From the NCBI GenBank assembly GCA_964016885.1, contig OZ024756.1, forward strand, positions 35,588,001-35,652,000: a stretch of DNA of 64,000 nucleotides, given 5' to 3'. The position numbers and the translations under genes are program-made. Numbering within the stretch: the first letter of the stretch is position 1; the number at the start of each line of letters is the position of its first letter. The notes under the pieces were generated by a model that made no database searches, had not been told where the DNA came from, and worked only from the letters and a program-made list of their open reading frames with translations. The stretch comes from Eledone cirrhosa. Lineage: Eukaryota. Positions 31,533 through 43,859 of this stretch are shown in pieces.

Positions 31533-32602
31533 GTAAGTATCAGTGGATGTGTGTGTGTATGGGTGTATGGGTGTGTGTGTGTGTGTATATAGGCGTGTGT
31601 ATAGGTATGTGTGTGTGTGTGTGTGTGTAGTTGTGTATAGGTATGTGTTTGTATCTGTGTGTAAGTATCAGTGGATGCGTGTGTGTATCTGTGTGTGTGT
31701 ATCTGTGTGTGTATAGGTGTGTGTGTGTGTGTATAGGTGTGTGTATAGGTATGTGTGTGTGTAGTTGTGTGTATAGGTATGTGTGTGTATCTGTGTGTAA
31801 GTATCAGTGGATGTGTGTGTGTATCTGTGTGTGTGTATCTGTGTGTGTATAGGTGTGTGTGTGCATGTGTGTATGTATAGGTGTGTGTATAGGTATGTGT
31901 GTGTGTGTGTGTGTGTAGTTGTGTATAGGTATGTGTGTGTATCTGTGTGTAAGTATCAGTGGATGCGTGTGTGTATCTGTGTGTGTGTATCTGTGTGTGT
32001 ATAGGTGTGTGTGTGTGCGTGTGTGTGTGTGTGTATAGGTGTGTATAGGTATGTGTGTGTGTGTGTAGCTGTGTGTAGCTGTGTGTATAGGTATGTGTGT
32101 GTATCTGTGTGTAAGTATCAGTGGATGCGTGTGTGTATCTGTGTGTGTATCTGTGTGTGTATAGGTGTGTGTGTCTGTGTGCGTGTGTGTGTATAGGTAT
32201 GTGTGTGTGTGTGTGTGTGTATGTTGTGGGAGAGAGGGGGGCGAGGTGTGTGTATCTGTGTGCACCTGTGTGTATGTGTATGTATTTGTGTTTGTGTGTG
32301 TGTCTATGTATGTGTATCAGTATGTATTTATGTGTGTGTGTCTATGTATGTGTATCAGTATGTATTTATGTGTGTGCAACTCTATGTGTGTATATCTAGA
32401 TCTATCTGTATGCGTGTATATCTGTATGTAACTATATGTGTGTAGCTGTATGTGTGGATATCTTTATGTCTGTATGTCTGGTTGATTTATCACGGAATGT
32501 ACCATTTAACTAAACGAGGGAGCAAAGGATTGCGTGGTCAGTGTTGTTATTGTTGTTATTGTTGTACAGCCAGATAACCGACCTCATCATTCATTTCAGA
32601 TA

Positions 32603-32829
32603 GGGCGGTGGATTGGCAGCATCGGTAGAGCGTCGGACAACACGCTTCGCGGCACAGAGTTACGGCCCTTTGCGTTCTGAGTTCAAATCCCGCAGGGGTT
32701 AGCTTTGCCTTTCATCCTTACAGGATCGATAAAATAAAGTACCAGTAATGTACTGGGGTCGATTTAATCGACTTTCCATTTTCCCTTTAAATTGTTCATC
32801 TTGTGCCAAATGTAGAAAGAATTATTATT
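32603..32829 (+). mobile_element. SINE family A copy
   Basis: Full head, central motif and ATT tail. Confidence 0.85.
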
Positions 32830-32892
32830 CAGTTTGAGAATTATGTCAATGGCAGACATGTCTGTGGAATACTCAGCCACTTACATTATAAT

Positions 32893-33077
32893 TGTTTCTG
32901 CTTTTTGGCACAAGGCCAGCAATTATCGCAGTGTATTACTGGTACTTTATTTTATCGACCCCGTAAGGATGAAAGGCAAAGTTAACCTTGACGGGATTTG
33001 AACTCCGACCGTAAAGGGACGTAACTCTATGCTGGAAAGCATGGCGTCCGACACTCTACCGATACTGCCAATTTACT
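32893..33077 (-). mobile_element. SINE family A copy with a 17-bp TSD
   Basis: Flanked by gccacttacattataat at 32876-32892 and 33078-33094. Confidence 0.88.
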
Positions 33078-33323
33078 GCCACTTACATTATAATACAAGA
33101 TGGACTGTACTTGTAATTCAATGGTAACCTTGTCATCATCATTTAACATTTGTTTTCTTTGCTAGCAAGGATTAGATTCTGGCTGAGAATTACATTAATG
33201 GTACACGTGACTGTGGAATACTCAGCCAATCATACAAAGAGGACTGTCCCTTTAATCAACTTTCCCCTCCCCTAAAACTGTTGGCCTTGTGGCGCCTTAA
33301 TCAGAAACCATTATTCATTTCAG

Positions 33324-33384
33324 ATAACTGGTTTGCGAAGAGCAATGGTGATTACATACTCTGTGGAAATGCCACAGGTGCTGG
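33324..33384 (+). CDS. Nav2: Nav exon DI turret (DNWFAKSNGDYILCGNATGAG)
   Basis: ttcatttcag|AT ... GG|gtaagt; 61 nt, phase 1 to 2; LCGN..GAG motif. Confidence 0.93.
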
Positions 33385-33424
33385 GTAAGTCCTTGGTTTT
33401 CTGGGGTAGTTTAACTCTTTTAAT

Positions 33425-33550
33425 GCTTTAGCATTTACCTTACTCTATATATGCTATCATATTTTCATGGTAAAGGATTCAAGTCATACAATTATCTCAC
33501 ATAATATCGAATCTATGAAATTTTGATATTATTCATTTTGAGAAAAAATC

Positions 33551-33602
<52 letters not shown>

Positions 33603-33896
33603 CCGTTTTACGTCTGTTCTTCCACGCTAGCATAGGTTAGACGGGTTGTCCTGTTGTGGGCAGTGTCCGGTCGGCTGACCTTGCCTTGCTCATACGGGAA
33701 CTGATTCTGGCTTGATTTCTACAGCCGGATGCCCTTCCTAACACCAACCTCACTTACAGTGAGTGCTGGGTGCTTTTTTTCCGTGACGCCTACACGTCCA
33801 CTTTAAATATTAGTATGAGCAGCCAGTTATGGCTTGTTTGAACAGAAAGAGGTGAGAGAATTCTGGCTGGTTACAGCCGATTTAAATGCTAAAGGG
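33425..33896 (+). mobile_element. MITE family 1 copy interrupted by an RTE-tailed element
   Basis: ctttagcattta...taaatgctaaagggttaa, with an insert at about 33556-33805. Confidence 0.75.
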
Positions 33897-34119
33897 TTAA
33901 TAGCAATCACCCTGAAACCAGCTCTGTTTCTATCATACAGAACTGTTTATTTCAAACTTTTTATATTTACACTGCGTGTGTGTGTATAAAGACATCAAAT
34001 CAAGATGAGACGAGATGATGTGTGTATATATATGTTGAGAGAAGGTGGTTTGTGTACATATATATATATGTTGAGAGAAGATGGTGTGTGTATATATATA
34101 TATATGTTGAGACAAGTTG

Positions 34120-34167
<48 letters not shown>

Positions 34168-35307
34168 AGAGAAGATGGTGTGTATATATACATGTTGAGA
34201 CGAGATGATATGTATATATATATATATGTTGAGAGATGGTGTATGCACATGTAGAGATGAGACACTGTGTGTATATATACATCGAGACAAGACACTGTGT
34301 ATATATACATCGAGACAAGACACTGTTTGTATATATACATCAAGATGGGACACTGTGTGTATATATACATCAAGATGGGACACTGTGTGTATGTATATAT
34401 ATATATATCATCATCATTTCATTTTACATCCGCTTTTTCCCCTGCTTGCAAGGGTATATATATATAGAGAGAGAGAGAGATGAGACACTGTATGTATATA
34501 TACATTGAGATAAGACACTGTGTGTATATATACATCAAGATAAGTCAGTGTGTGTATATATACATTGAGATGAGTCAGTGTGTGTATATATATACATTGA
34601 GATAAGACACTGTGTGTATATATACATCAAGATGAGTCAGTGTGTGTATATATACATTGAGATGAGTCAGTGTGTGTATATATATACATTGAGATAAGAC
34701 ACTGTGTGTATATATACATCAAGATGAGTCAGTGTGTGTATATATATATCTATATATATATATATATATATATATATCGAGATGAGATGCCTTGTACCCC
34801 CCCGATATTGGCACGACCCCAAATATTCAGTGAAATGGTGTAAACCACTTGAGTCCTAGCAAGACAGTTGGTGTGTGACAGAGAAGCTCTGGTGTTTAAG
34901 TGGGTAGCATACTTTACACCTCGGAAGATCTCATTAACGCTGAAGTCTTTACACAGAGGATTTGGTGGTCGGGTGAGAGGGTGGGGGGTGGGGATGTGAG
35001 AGGTGGTGTGGGGGGTCGAGGCTCCGGGGTGTGCGGGAGATACCTGACGATTGATGATGGCAGTGGTGGAGGGGACTGTGAAACTATTAGAAAGACATTT
35101 ATTAGTGGTAGCGGTTGTGGTGGTGGTGGTGGTGGCAGAGGAGACATTTATTAATGGTTGTTGTTGTTGTTGTTAGTAATGGTGGTGGTGGTGGTGGTGG
35201 TGTTTAGTTCTGCAATAAGATAATGCACCAGTCAAGTACTAGAGTCTATTAACCTGTTACCATTTACATGACTCTATATTTACTATTGTAATTTCATATA
35301 TATATGT

Positions 35308-35353
<46 letters not shown>

Positions 35354-35449
35354 GTATATATATGTATATAATATAAGATCAAAAGATGGTTAAAAGAGTT
35401 CCATGTATTTTATTATGCGCATTTCAAACTCACCTCTTACATGTATATG

Positions 35450-35481
<32 letters not shown>

Positions 35482-35632
35482 AATGTGTCGTCATTTATTA
35501 TGTCTAAGCACACTTGCAGAATCATCAGACAATAATAGATGAATATTTTAACTCTCCTTCGGTATTGAGTACTCATTTCTCTCATCCATCAACTCGTACA
35601 GATATATCGGAGAGAAACTCGTATACTAAAAA

Positions 35633-35709
35633 TATCTGACGACCTTTCGATTACAAAGTCAGGTTCGATCTATAATAGATCTTGCTTCGATAGTGAAACA
35701 TATGTAATA
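35633..35709 (+). ncRNA. Hammerhead-like motif (extended stem II family)
   Basis: TAT-CTGACGA-...gtcaggttcgatc...-GAAA-CATATG-TA-ATA. Confidence 0.55.
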
Positions 35710-36150
35710 CGTTATTATATATGGTGTGATGCAACACTGAAATCCTAGTTCCTTATCCTTATAATATTATACTCTGCTCTGCGTGAGCATCGAGTGTTCA
35801 ACCGGCATACCGCCTACAGACGCATGCAACTATATATATATACACACAAATATATATATATATCATCATCATCATCATCATGGTTTAACGTCTATCTTCC
35901 ACGCTAGCATGGGTTTAGACAGGAATTGTCCCACTTGAGGCAAGATTGGTTGTCTTGCTGGTGTAGGACTATCTGGCAGGTTCTCTATGGCTGGATGCCC
36001 TTCCTAACACCAACCACGTTTACAGTGTGGCACCACATTTATATATATAAATATATAACTCGCCAATCAAAACAACTTTTACTGACCAGCATATGACATT
36101 AGACTTTTTTTGTACGCCATGTATATTCATTCTGTCATTACTACTACAGA

Positions 36151-36235
36151 GGTCTGACGAGCCATTGATTACAGAGTCAGGCTAGATCGATGTAGATGGA
36201 ACCTTCACCTGATCAATAGTGAAACACCTGTCACC
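36151..36235 (+). ncRNA. Type I hammerhead motif with an extended stem II insertion
   Basis: GGT-CTGACGA-gccATTGATT...GATCAATagt-GAAA-CACCTG-TC-ACC. Confidence 0.62.
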
Positions 36236-36875
36236 AACCAATAAACATAATGAAGGAGTAACCATTTGTCCTTGTTTTATTATATTATATGTATCATCAT
36301 CATCATCATCACCGTTTTACGTCCGTTCTTCCACGCTAGCATGGGTTAGACGGGTTGTCCTGTTGTGGGCAGTGCTCGGTCGGCTGACCTTGTCTTGCTC
36401 ATAAGGGAACTGATTCTGGCTTTATTTCTACAGCTGGATGCCCTTCCTAACACCAACCTCATTTACAGTGAGTGCTGGGTGCTTTTTTCCCGTGGTGCCT
36501 ACATGTCTACTTTACAATGTGGGCTGGGTGCTTTTTTCCCGTGGTGCCTACATGTCTACTTTACAATGTGGGCTGGGTGCTTTTTTCCCGTGGCGCCTAC
36601 ATGTCTACTTTACAGTGTGTGCTGGGTGCTTTTTTGCTGTGGCACCTCCACAACCACTTTGCAGTGGAATGATAGGGACTCCAGTCCCTATCATCTCATT
36701 TCTACAGCTGAGTACACGGGAAAAATGAGATGATAGGACTGGGGTCCTCTCATCATGTATATATATATGTGTGTGTATATATATATATATGTGTGTATGT
36801 GTATATATATGTATATATGTATTTGGTAAATGAATGTTTTCTAAGAAAGTCTTTCTATCTGTTTCTGTTGTGAAG

Positions 36876-37020
36876 GTCTTGTCCCTCCAACTACACATGT
36901 CTTCCTGACATTGGAGGAAACCCCAACCATGGCTACACCAATTTTGACAACATAGGCTGGAGTATGCTTATATCATTTCAATTGCTTACTCAGGACTACT
37001 GGGAAGATGTATATAATAAG
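36876..37020 (+). CDS. Nav2: Nav exon DI pore loop and selectivity filter ([48 protein letters not shown])
   Basis: ttgtgaag|G ... AAG|gtaaga; 145 nt; NPN.GYT.FD and TQDYWE motifs. Confidence 0.97.
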
Positions 37021-37214
37021 GTAAGACCCCCTCTCTTTCTCTCAATATATATATGAATAATGAAATCATTGTGTACAGTGCTCAGGTGCACTACAACTCA
37101 TCAAAGGTGCATGTACAGTACATAGAATAATATACAAATGTCAGGGAACTGAATAGTGTATCAGTCATGATATACATGTGTGCATGTGTATGGAGGGGAA
37201 ATATTAGATATATA

Positions 37215-37246
<32 letters not shown>

Positions 37247-38049
37247 ATATGTGTGTATATATATATATATATACACACATATTCACACACGCACACACAC
37301 ACACATATATATATATATAAAGTATTTACGTATCGAGAGAGAGAAAAAGGAAGGATAGGTGATACATGTAGTTATTTGCGAAGAATGAATTATGACGTGA
37401 ACTTAACCCAAAAAACACTTTCCGAGCAATGTAAGGAACACTTTTGGTTATTTATGCCCTTGACAAGCCCAACTGGGCGAAACGTACGTAGGTGCTGTTT
37501 TAAATAAACATGTATTAGCGGTCTGTTCTCCGATTTCTTACTTTTCCACCTATATATATAGAGATATTGTTTAAGGCAATCCTAGTAGAGGTTATGAGTA
37601 CTCTGTATTGAGGACAGTTCTAACGTTCAGCATTGTTTGACTCAACAAGAAGTTTACTTAGTTGTGGTGTTCGGGTGGCCGATTCCAGACAGTTCCTTGG
37701 TAAGCGGTTCCTGGACTATTAATAATAAAGGAAGGAAGAATAACACAGATTGGCTATACAGTAGGGTTTATTCCAAGTATTAACAAATGTTTCATTAGTC
37801 GGTATGTCTAGGATAAAATACACCCAGTACATCTGTAAAGTGATGAGTCTATTCCAGCTGAGGTTGCAAGATAATGATGTCAACCCAACACCCTAACTAT
37901 TTCAACCAAAGTGCCTTAAATCTGATAATCATTAAGCCATTTGACCCAAAATCATTGGAAAACACTCCTGGTTCTATAATAGAAAGTTGTTTATTTGTAA
38001 ATCTCTCATTATCATCATCATCATCATCATTAGCAGCTTCACTGTTTAA

Positions 38050-38471
38050 TCCTTTAGCATTTACATTACTCTATATTTACTATTGTATTTTCACAGTAAA
38101 GGCTTTATCTCATGTAATATCGAATCTATGAGATTTTGATATTATTTATTTTGACAACAATACCTTAACTCTTTAGCCTTTAAACTGGCCAGAACTCTCT
38201 CATTTCTTTATGTTCAAACCAGCTGTAACTGGCTGCTCATACCTACATTAAGGTATTGTTCTCAAAATAAATAACATCAAAATCTCATAGATTCGATATT
38301 ATGTGAGATATTATGTGAGATAAAGCCTTTACTGTGAAAGTACAATGGCATATATAAAGTAATGTAAATGCTAAAGGGTTAATGTCAGTATGAGTGGCCA
38401 GTTACAGCCAGTTTGAACAGAAAGAGGTGAGAGAACTCTAACCAGATATGGTCAGTTTAAATGCTAAAGGG
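38050..38471 (+). mobile_element. MITE family 1 copy containing an inverted copy of itself (38169-38378)
   Basis: The inner copy is bounded by TTAA at 38165-38168 and 38379-38382, at the internal aataccTTAA site of the outer copy. Confidence 0.85.
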
Positions 38472-38804
38472 TTAATGCCTATTTTCCATGCTTGCATGGT
38501 TAGATGGGTTGTTTTGCTCATACAGATCTGTTTTTAGCTTGGCTGGTTTCTATGGCTGAATATGGCCCTACCTAATGCCAACTATATTACAACGCATACT
38601 AGTGAGAAAGTTAGTTATATAACTAAATCCCTCTAAATTTTAGATGATTTATTCAAGATGGATTGAACTCCATGAGCTGAGTCTTTCATTATAAATATGG
38701 TAAGGAGAGAATTAATTGCAATGAATCAGTGTGAATTGTGACTCATTGTTAGTCTCTCACTTGAGATCAGGAGTTGACAGCTGTAAATCCTCTTCTTCAC
38801 ATAT

Positions 38805-40636
38805 CAACACCACTACCAACACCACTACCAACACCACTACCAACACCACTACCAACACCACTACCAACACCACTACCAACACCACTACCAACACCACTAC
38901 TACCACCACCACAACCACCACCACTACCATGACCATCACTACTACCACCACCACCACTACCCCCCCCCCCCCCACTACCAACACCACTACAAACTCCACC
39001 ACCACAACAACAACAACCACAGTAACCACTACTGCCACAGCCACCACCACTACCACAACAACAGCCACCACCACTACCACAGCCACTACCACAACAACAG
39101 CCACTGCCACTATCACAACAACAGCCACCACCACTACCACAACAACAGCCACCACCACTACCACAACAACAGCCACCACCACTACCACAGCCACTACCAC
39201 AACAACAGCCACCACCACTACCACAACAACAGCCACCAGCACTACCACAACAACAGCCACCACCACTACCACAACAACAGCCACCACCACTACCACAGCC
39301 ACCACCACCACCACAACAACAGCCACCACCACTACCATAGCAACAGCCACCACCACTACCACAGCCACTACCACAACAACAGCCACTACCACAACAGCCA
39401 CCACCACTACCATAGCAACAGCCACCACCACTACCACAGCCACTACCACAACAACAGCCACCACAACAACCACCACCACCACAGATCTCCTTCAGGCACC
39501 ATTCCAACAGACTTTCTTTACTTTAGTCAACATATCCAGTCGCTGTATGATTTAGTGGAGGGGATCATCTTAACCACTACCACTACCACTACCACCACCA
39601 TCCTCACCAACACCACCACCACCAACACTAGCACTACCACTACCACCACCACTACCACTGCCACCACCACCACCAACACTACCACTACCGCCACTACCAC
39701 CTTCACCACCAACACCACCACCAACACTACCACTACAACAACCATCACCACCACCAACACCATCCCCACCACCACTAACACCACAACCACCACCATCCAA
39801 ACCACCACCACCAGCACCACTACCACCACCACCACTACCACCCTCACCACCAACACCACCATCACCACCACCACTACCATCCTCACCAACACCACAACTG
39901 CCACCACCACCACCAACACCACCATCACCACCACCACTACCATCCTCACCAACACCACAACTGCCACCACCACCACTACCACCACCACCACCACCACCAC
40001 CACCACCACCACAACTACCACCACCACCACAACTACCACCACCACCACCACTGACACCATCATATGTCTCCAGCCAATGTAATTTAGTGAAAGGGATCAT
40101 CACACACCTACATACACAGAAACACACTCACCTACATACACACAAACACACTCACCTACATTCACACAAACACACTCACCTACATACACACAAACACACA
40201 CACAAAATACACTCACCTACATACACACAAACACACTCACCTACATTCACACAAACACACACACCTACATACACACAAACACACACACAAAATACACTCA
40301 CCTACACACACACAAAATGCACTCACCTACATACACACAAACACACTCACCTACATACACACAAACACACACACAAAATACACTCACCTACATACACACA
40401 AACACACTCACCTACATACACACAAACACACACAAAACACATTCACCTCCACACAAACATACACACAATATGGTGGTGATGTTGGTTAGGTTTTTTCTTA
40501 AGAAACCAAGTATGGTTTTAAGATATTGGCTGAAGACTTGGGGGTGTGGGGGAGAGAAAGGGGGGAAGGGCTGAGAGGAAAAATAAATATTTTTGATTGA
40601 GGAGAAAAACAAACAACAAAATCAATAAAAACAACA

Positions 40637-40668
<32 letters not shown>

Positions 40669-41290
40669 CACTACTACTACTACCACTACTACCACTGCTA
40701 CTGCTACTACTACTACTACTACCACTACTACCACTGCTACTGCTACTACTACTGCTACTACTACCACTGCTACTACTACTACTACTGCTACTACTACTAC
40801 TGCTACTACTACTATTACTACTACTACTACAATGAAGACAATAACTACTACTACTATTACTACTACTATTACTACTACTCCTAGTACTACTACTACTACT
40901 ACAATGAAGACAATAACTACTACTACTACAATGAAGAAAATAACTACTACTACTATTACTACTACAATGAAGAAAATAACTACTACTATTATTACTACTA
41001 CTACTATTACTACTACTACTACTACTACTACAATGAAGCCAATAACTACTACTACTACTACTACTACAACAACAATGTAGAAATTAACTACTACTACTAC
41101 TACTACTACTACAATGAAGACAATAACTACTACTACTATTACTACTACTACTACTACTACTACTACAACAACAATGAAGACAATAACAACAGCAAAAACA
41201 ACAAACTACAATAGCAACAACTACAACAATAACAGCCACAACAAAATATCTGCTACAATAACAACTACAACAACAACAATAGCAACAACA
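38805..41290. repeat. Trinucleotide-rich compound tract (ACC/ACT/ACA)
   Basis: Direct reading. Confidence 0.9.
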
Positions 41291-41576
41291 ACATTTAGAG
41301 GCAAGGTGGGTCGGGTGACCGTGTCTCACTCTTATAGGACTGTTTCTGGCTGGTTTTCTATGGCTGGACCCTTCCTAACACCAACCTCATTTACAGTGTG
41401 GGCCTGGTGGTTTGTGGTACCTACCTAATAGACACATATATATATATATATATGTATATATATATGTGTATATATGTATATATATATATATATGTATATA
41501 TATGTATATATATATGTATATATATAAAATAAGGTTAAATAAAAGTCAAATGATTAAAATTTAGCTTCGTTTATTG

Positions 41577-41629
41577 CTGCTATATATATTTCAGTGACAG
41601 CCATCTTTGGCTGTGACCTCTTCAGGCAG
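41577..41629 (-). ncRNA. Minimal type I hammerhead ribozyme motif
   Basis: Minus strand CTGC-CTGAAGA-ggtcACAGCCAaagaTGGCTGTcact-GAAA-TATATA-TA-GCAG; palindromic minimal stem III. Confidence 0.78.
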
Positions 41630-41886
41630 TTTGAATTAGTATGGTATAGACAAGTACATATGTTGTTTAGGTGTATGATATTGTCCATACTCTGATATGC
41701 CCAGTTCCTTGTTGGGTTGTTAATTCACTGGGGAACTGGAGTTCGTCTAGTGCTCCAGCCTGCATACTGAGGTGTTGGTATACAACCAACATAAACTCAA
41801 AATCTATGTATATATATATATGTATATAAATATATATATATATATACGATATTAACAAATGGAAACTATATTTATAAAACCATATT

Positions 41887-41951
41887 TATTTCATTATACA
41901 TATTTCAAAGACACCAAGTTAAATTATGGTGTGCTTTCATCAGATAAAATA
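41887..41951 (-). ncRNA. Minimal type I hammerhead motif (same family as 1752)
   Basis: TATTTTAT-CTGATGA-aagcACACCA...TGGTGTcttt-GAAA-TATGTA-TA-ATGAAATA. Confidence 0.7.
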
Positions 41952-42103
41952 TAATATAGATCAGTTTTATAAATAAATATTGACATACCCTTAAAGAATG
42001 CGACCATTTCTGTTGGAAGCTCCCTATACATATATATATATATATGTATATACATATATATATATATACATATATATACTGGGATTGATTTCTTGCCACT
42101 TCT

Positions 42104-42210
42104 GGGTAAAGAAGTGCCAAGAAATCCCAGTAGAAGGAAGACGCAATAGAGGAAGATCACGAAAAACATGGGTGGAGGTGGTGAGAGCAGAGCTCAGATC
42201 GCTGAGCATT
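42104..42210 (+). mobile_element. RTE LINE fragment
   Basis: WVKKCQEIPVEGRRNRGRSRKTWVEVVRAELRSL. Confidence 0.8.
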
Positions 42211-42352
42211 GAAAACACTCCCCGAAAAGGAGAACTGGTCAACATCATCAGATGCTTCCGAAGCTGCAGGTTTTTTTCAGAGTTTCCCTCTCCTAGAAAG
42301 GTATTGTGACAACAATTAGGGGCCTTATATATATATATATTCTATATTACAG

Positions 42353-42487
42353 GTGATACGTGCACACAGTCCTTGGACAGTCATCTACTTCATCGTAATC
42401 AATTTCTTTGGTTCCTTGTACCTCATGAATCTTATGTTAGCTGTTGTTGCAAGTGCCTACGAACTGGAAGTCAAGAATACCGGGAAA
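42353..42487 (+). CDS. Nav2: Nav exon DI-S6 and start of DI-DII linker (VIRAHSPWTVIYFIVINFFGSLYLMNLMLAVVASAYELEVKNTGK)
   Basis: tattacag|GTG ... AAA|gtaagt; 135 nt, phase 0-0; GS.YL.NL.LAVVA.AY motif. Confidence 0.96.
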
Positions 42488-42798
42488 GTAAGTAGACCAT
42501 CTTCGCCTTAACTTCTCCTGGCATGCTTTTGCTTACATTCGTCTTGCTGCTTTATTCCATGTTTTATATTTTAAACCACCAACATCACCCACCCACCCCT
42601 CCATGCCTCTTGCCCCCGCCCCTGCACACACACACACCCTCCACGCCTCTCCCCCCCCCCTTCCACACACACACACATGCATACACTCACCCGACCACAC
42701 ATTACATAGTTACATAGAGTTATAGGGTAATATTTCATATCATATTTCATACAATGCACTTTACTATTATATTTCTCACCCTCACCTTCACCCTTATG

Positions 42799-42830
<32 letters not shown>

Positions 42831-43044
42831 TTCTTTCTCTTTTCACTGTTCACATGCAGCAACACACACACACTCACACACATACTTGCATGCACACACC
42901 CTCTTCCTAAATTCTTTGATCTGCATGATATAACATGGAGATGACATGGAATGGTACAAAACTGAAATTATTTTACTTGTAGACATGGTGTATGTTGGAA
43001 TTCTTAGAGGAATAGAAAATTCTTCAACAAAATCGGGTGATATA

Positions 43045-43084
<40 letters not shown>

Positions 43085-43093
43085 TACATATAC

Positions 43094-43169
<76 letters not shown>

Positions 43170-43187
43170 ATATATATATATATATAA

Positions 43188-43245
<58 letters not shown>

Positions 43246-43439
43246 ATTTATATATACATATATATATATACATACATATATATATATATATTTTTTTTTA
43301 ATTGAGTTTGAATTATTTTCCCATATCTTACGTTAAATATTTTCCATCTTGACGTTATAGTCACTTATATATTATGAAATACTGTTGGCTTCTTGCTCAC
43401 ATTAATTTCTCTATTTTCATTTATATATATATATATTTA

Positions 43440-43470
<31 letters not shown>

Positions 43471-43545
43471 GTGTGTGTATAAAGACTCCATCTTTGTTTT
43501 TAACTTCTTTTCTTTATACCTCTACCCATTTTTAAAAACAACAAC

Positions 43546-43579
<34 letters not shown>

Positions 43580-43587
<8 letters not shown>

Positions 43588-43716
43588 TAAAATAACAGAT
43601 TAAAGTTTAAGCAAAGAATCGCTGCTTTCACCCTTAACGGGACCTTCTGAAGATCCCGTTACGGGTGAAAGCAGCGATTCTTTGCTTAAACTTTAATCTG
43701 TTATTTTAATAAATAT
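43580..43716. repeat. Inverted repeat with perfect 54-bp arms
   Basis: Arms 43580-43633 and 43663-43716, with a 29-nt partly self-complementary spacer. Confidence 0.92.
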
Positions 43717-43799
43717 TTCCTCTACGGTTCTTATATATTTGATATATATTTATCCTTATCGAGCCCTCTTTGGATTTTAGTCTTCAAATTTATTATTAT

Positions 43800-43859
<60 letters not shown>

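Noticed and set aside
35490-35535. Minus-strand CTGATGA motif
   Set aside because: No GAAA or stem III before the CA tract; truncated.
37455-37495. Hammerhead at gccc-TTGACAA-GCCC/GGGC-GAAA-CGTACG-TA
   Set aside because: The core box is mutated at two invariant positions; kept only as a relic.
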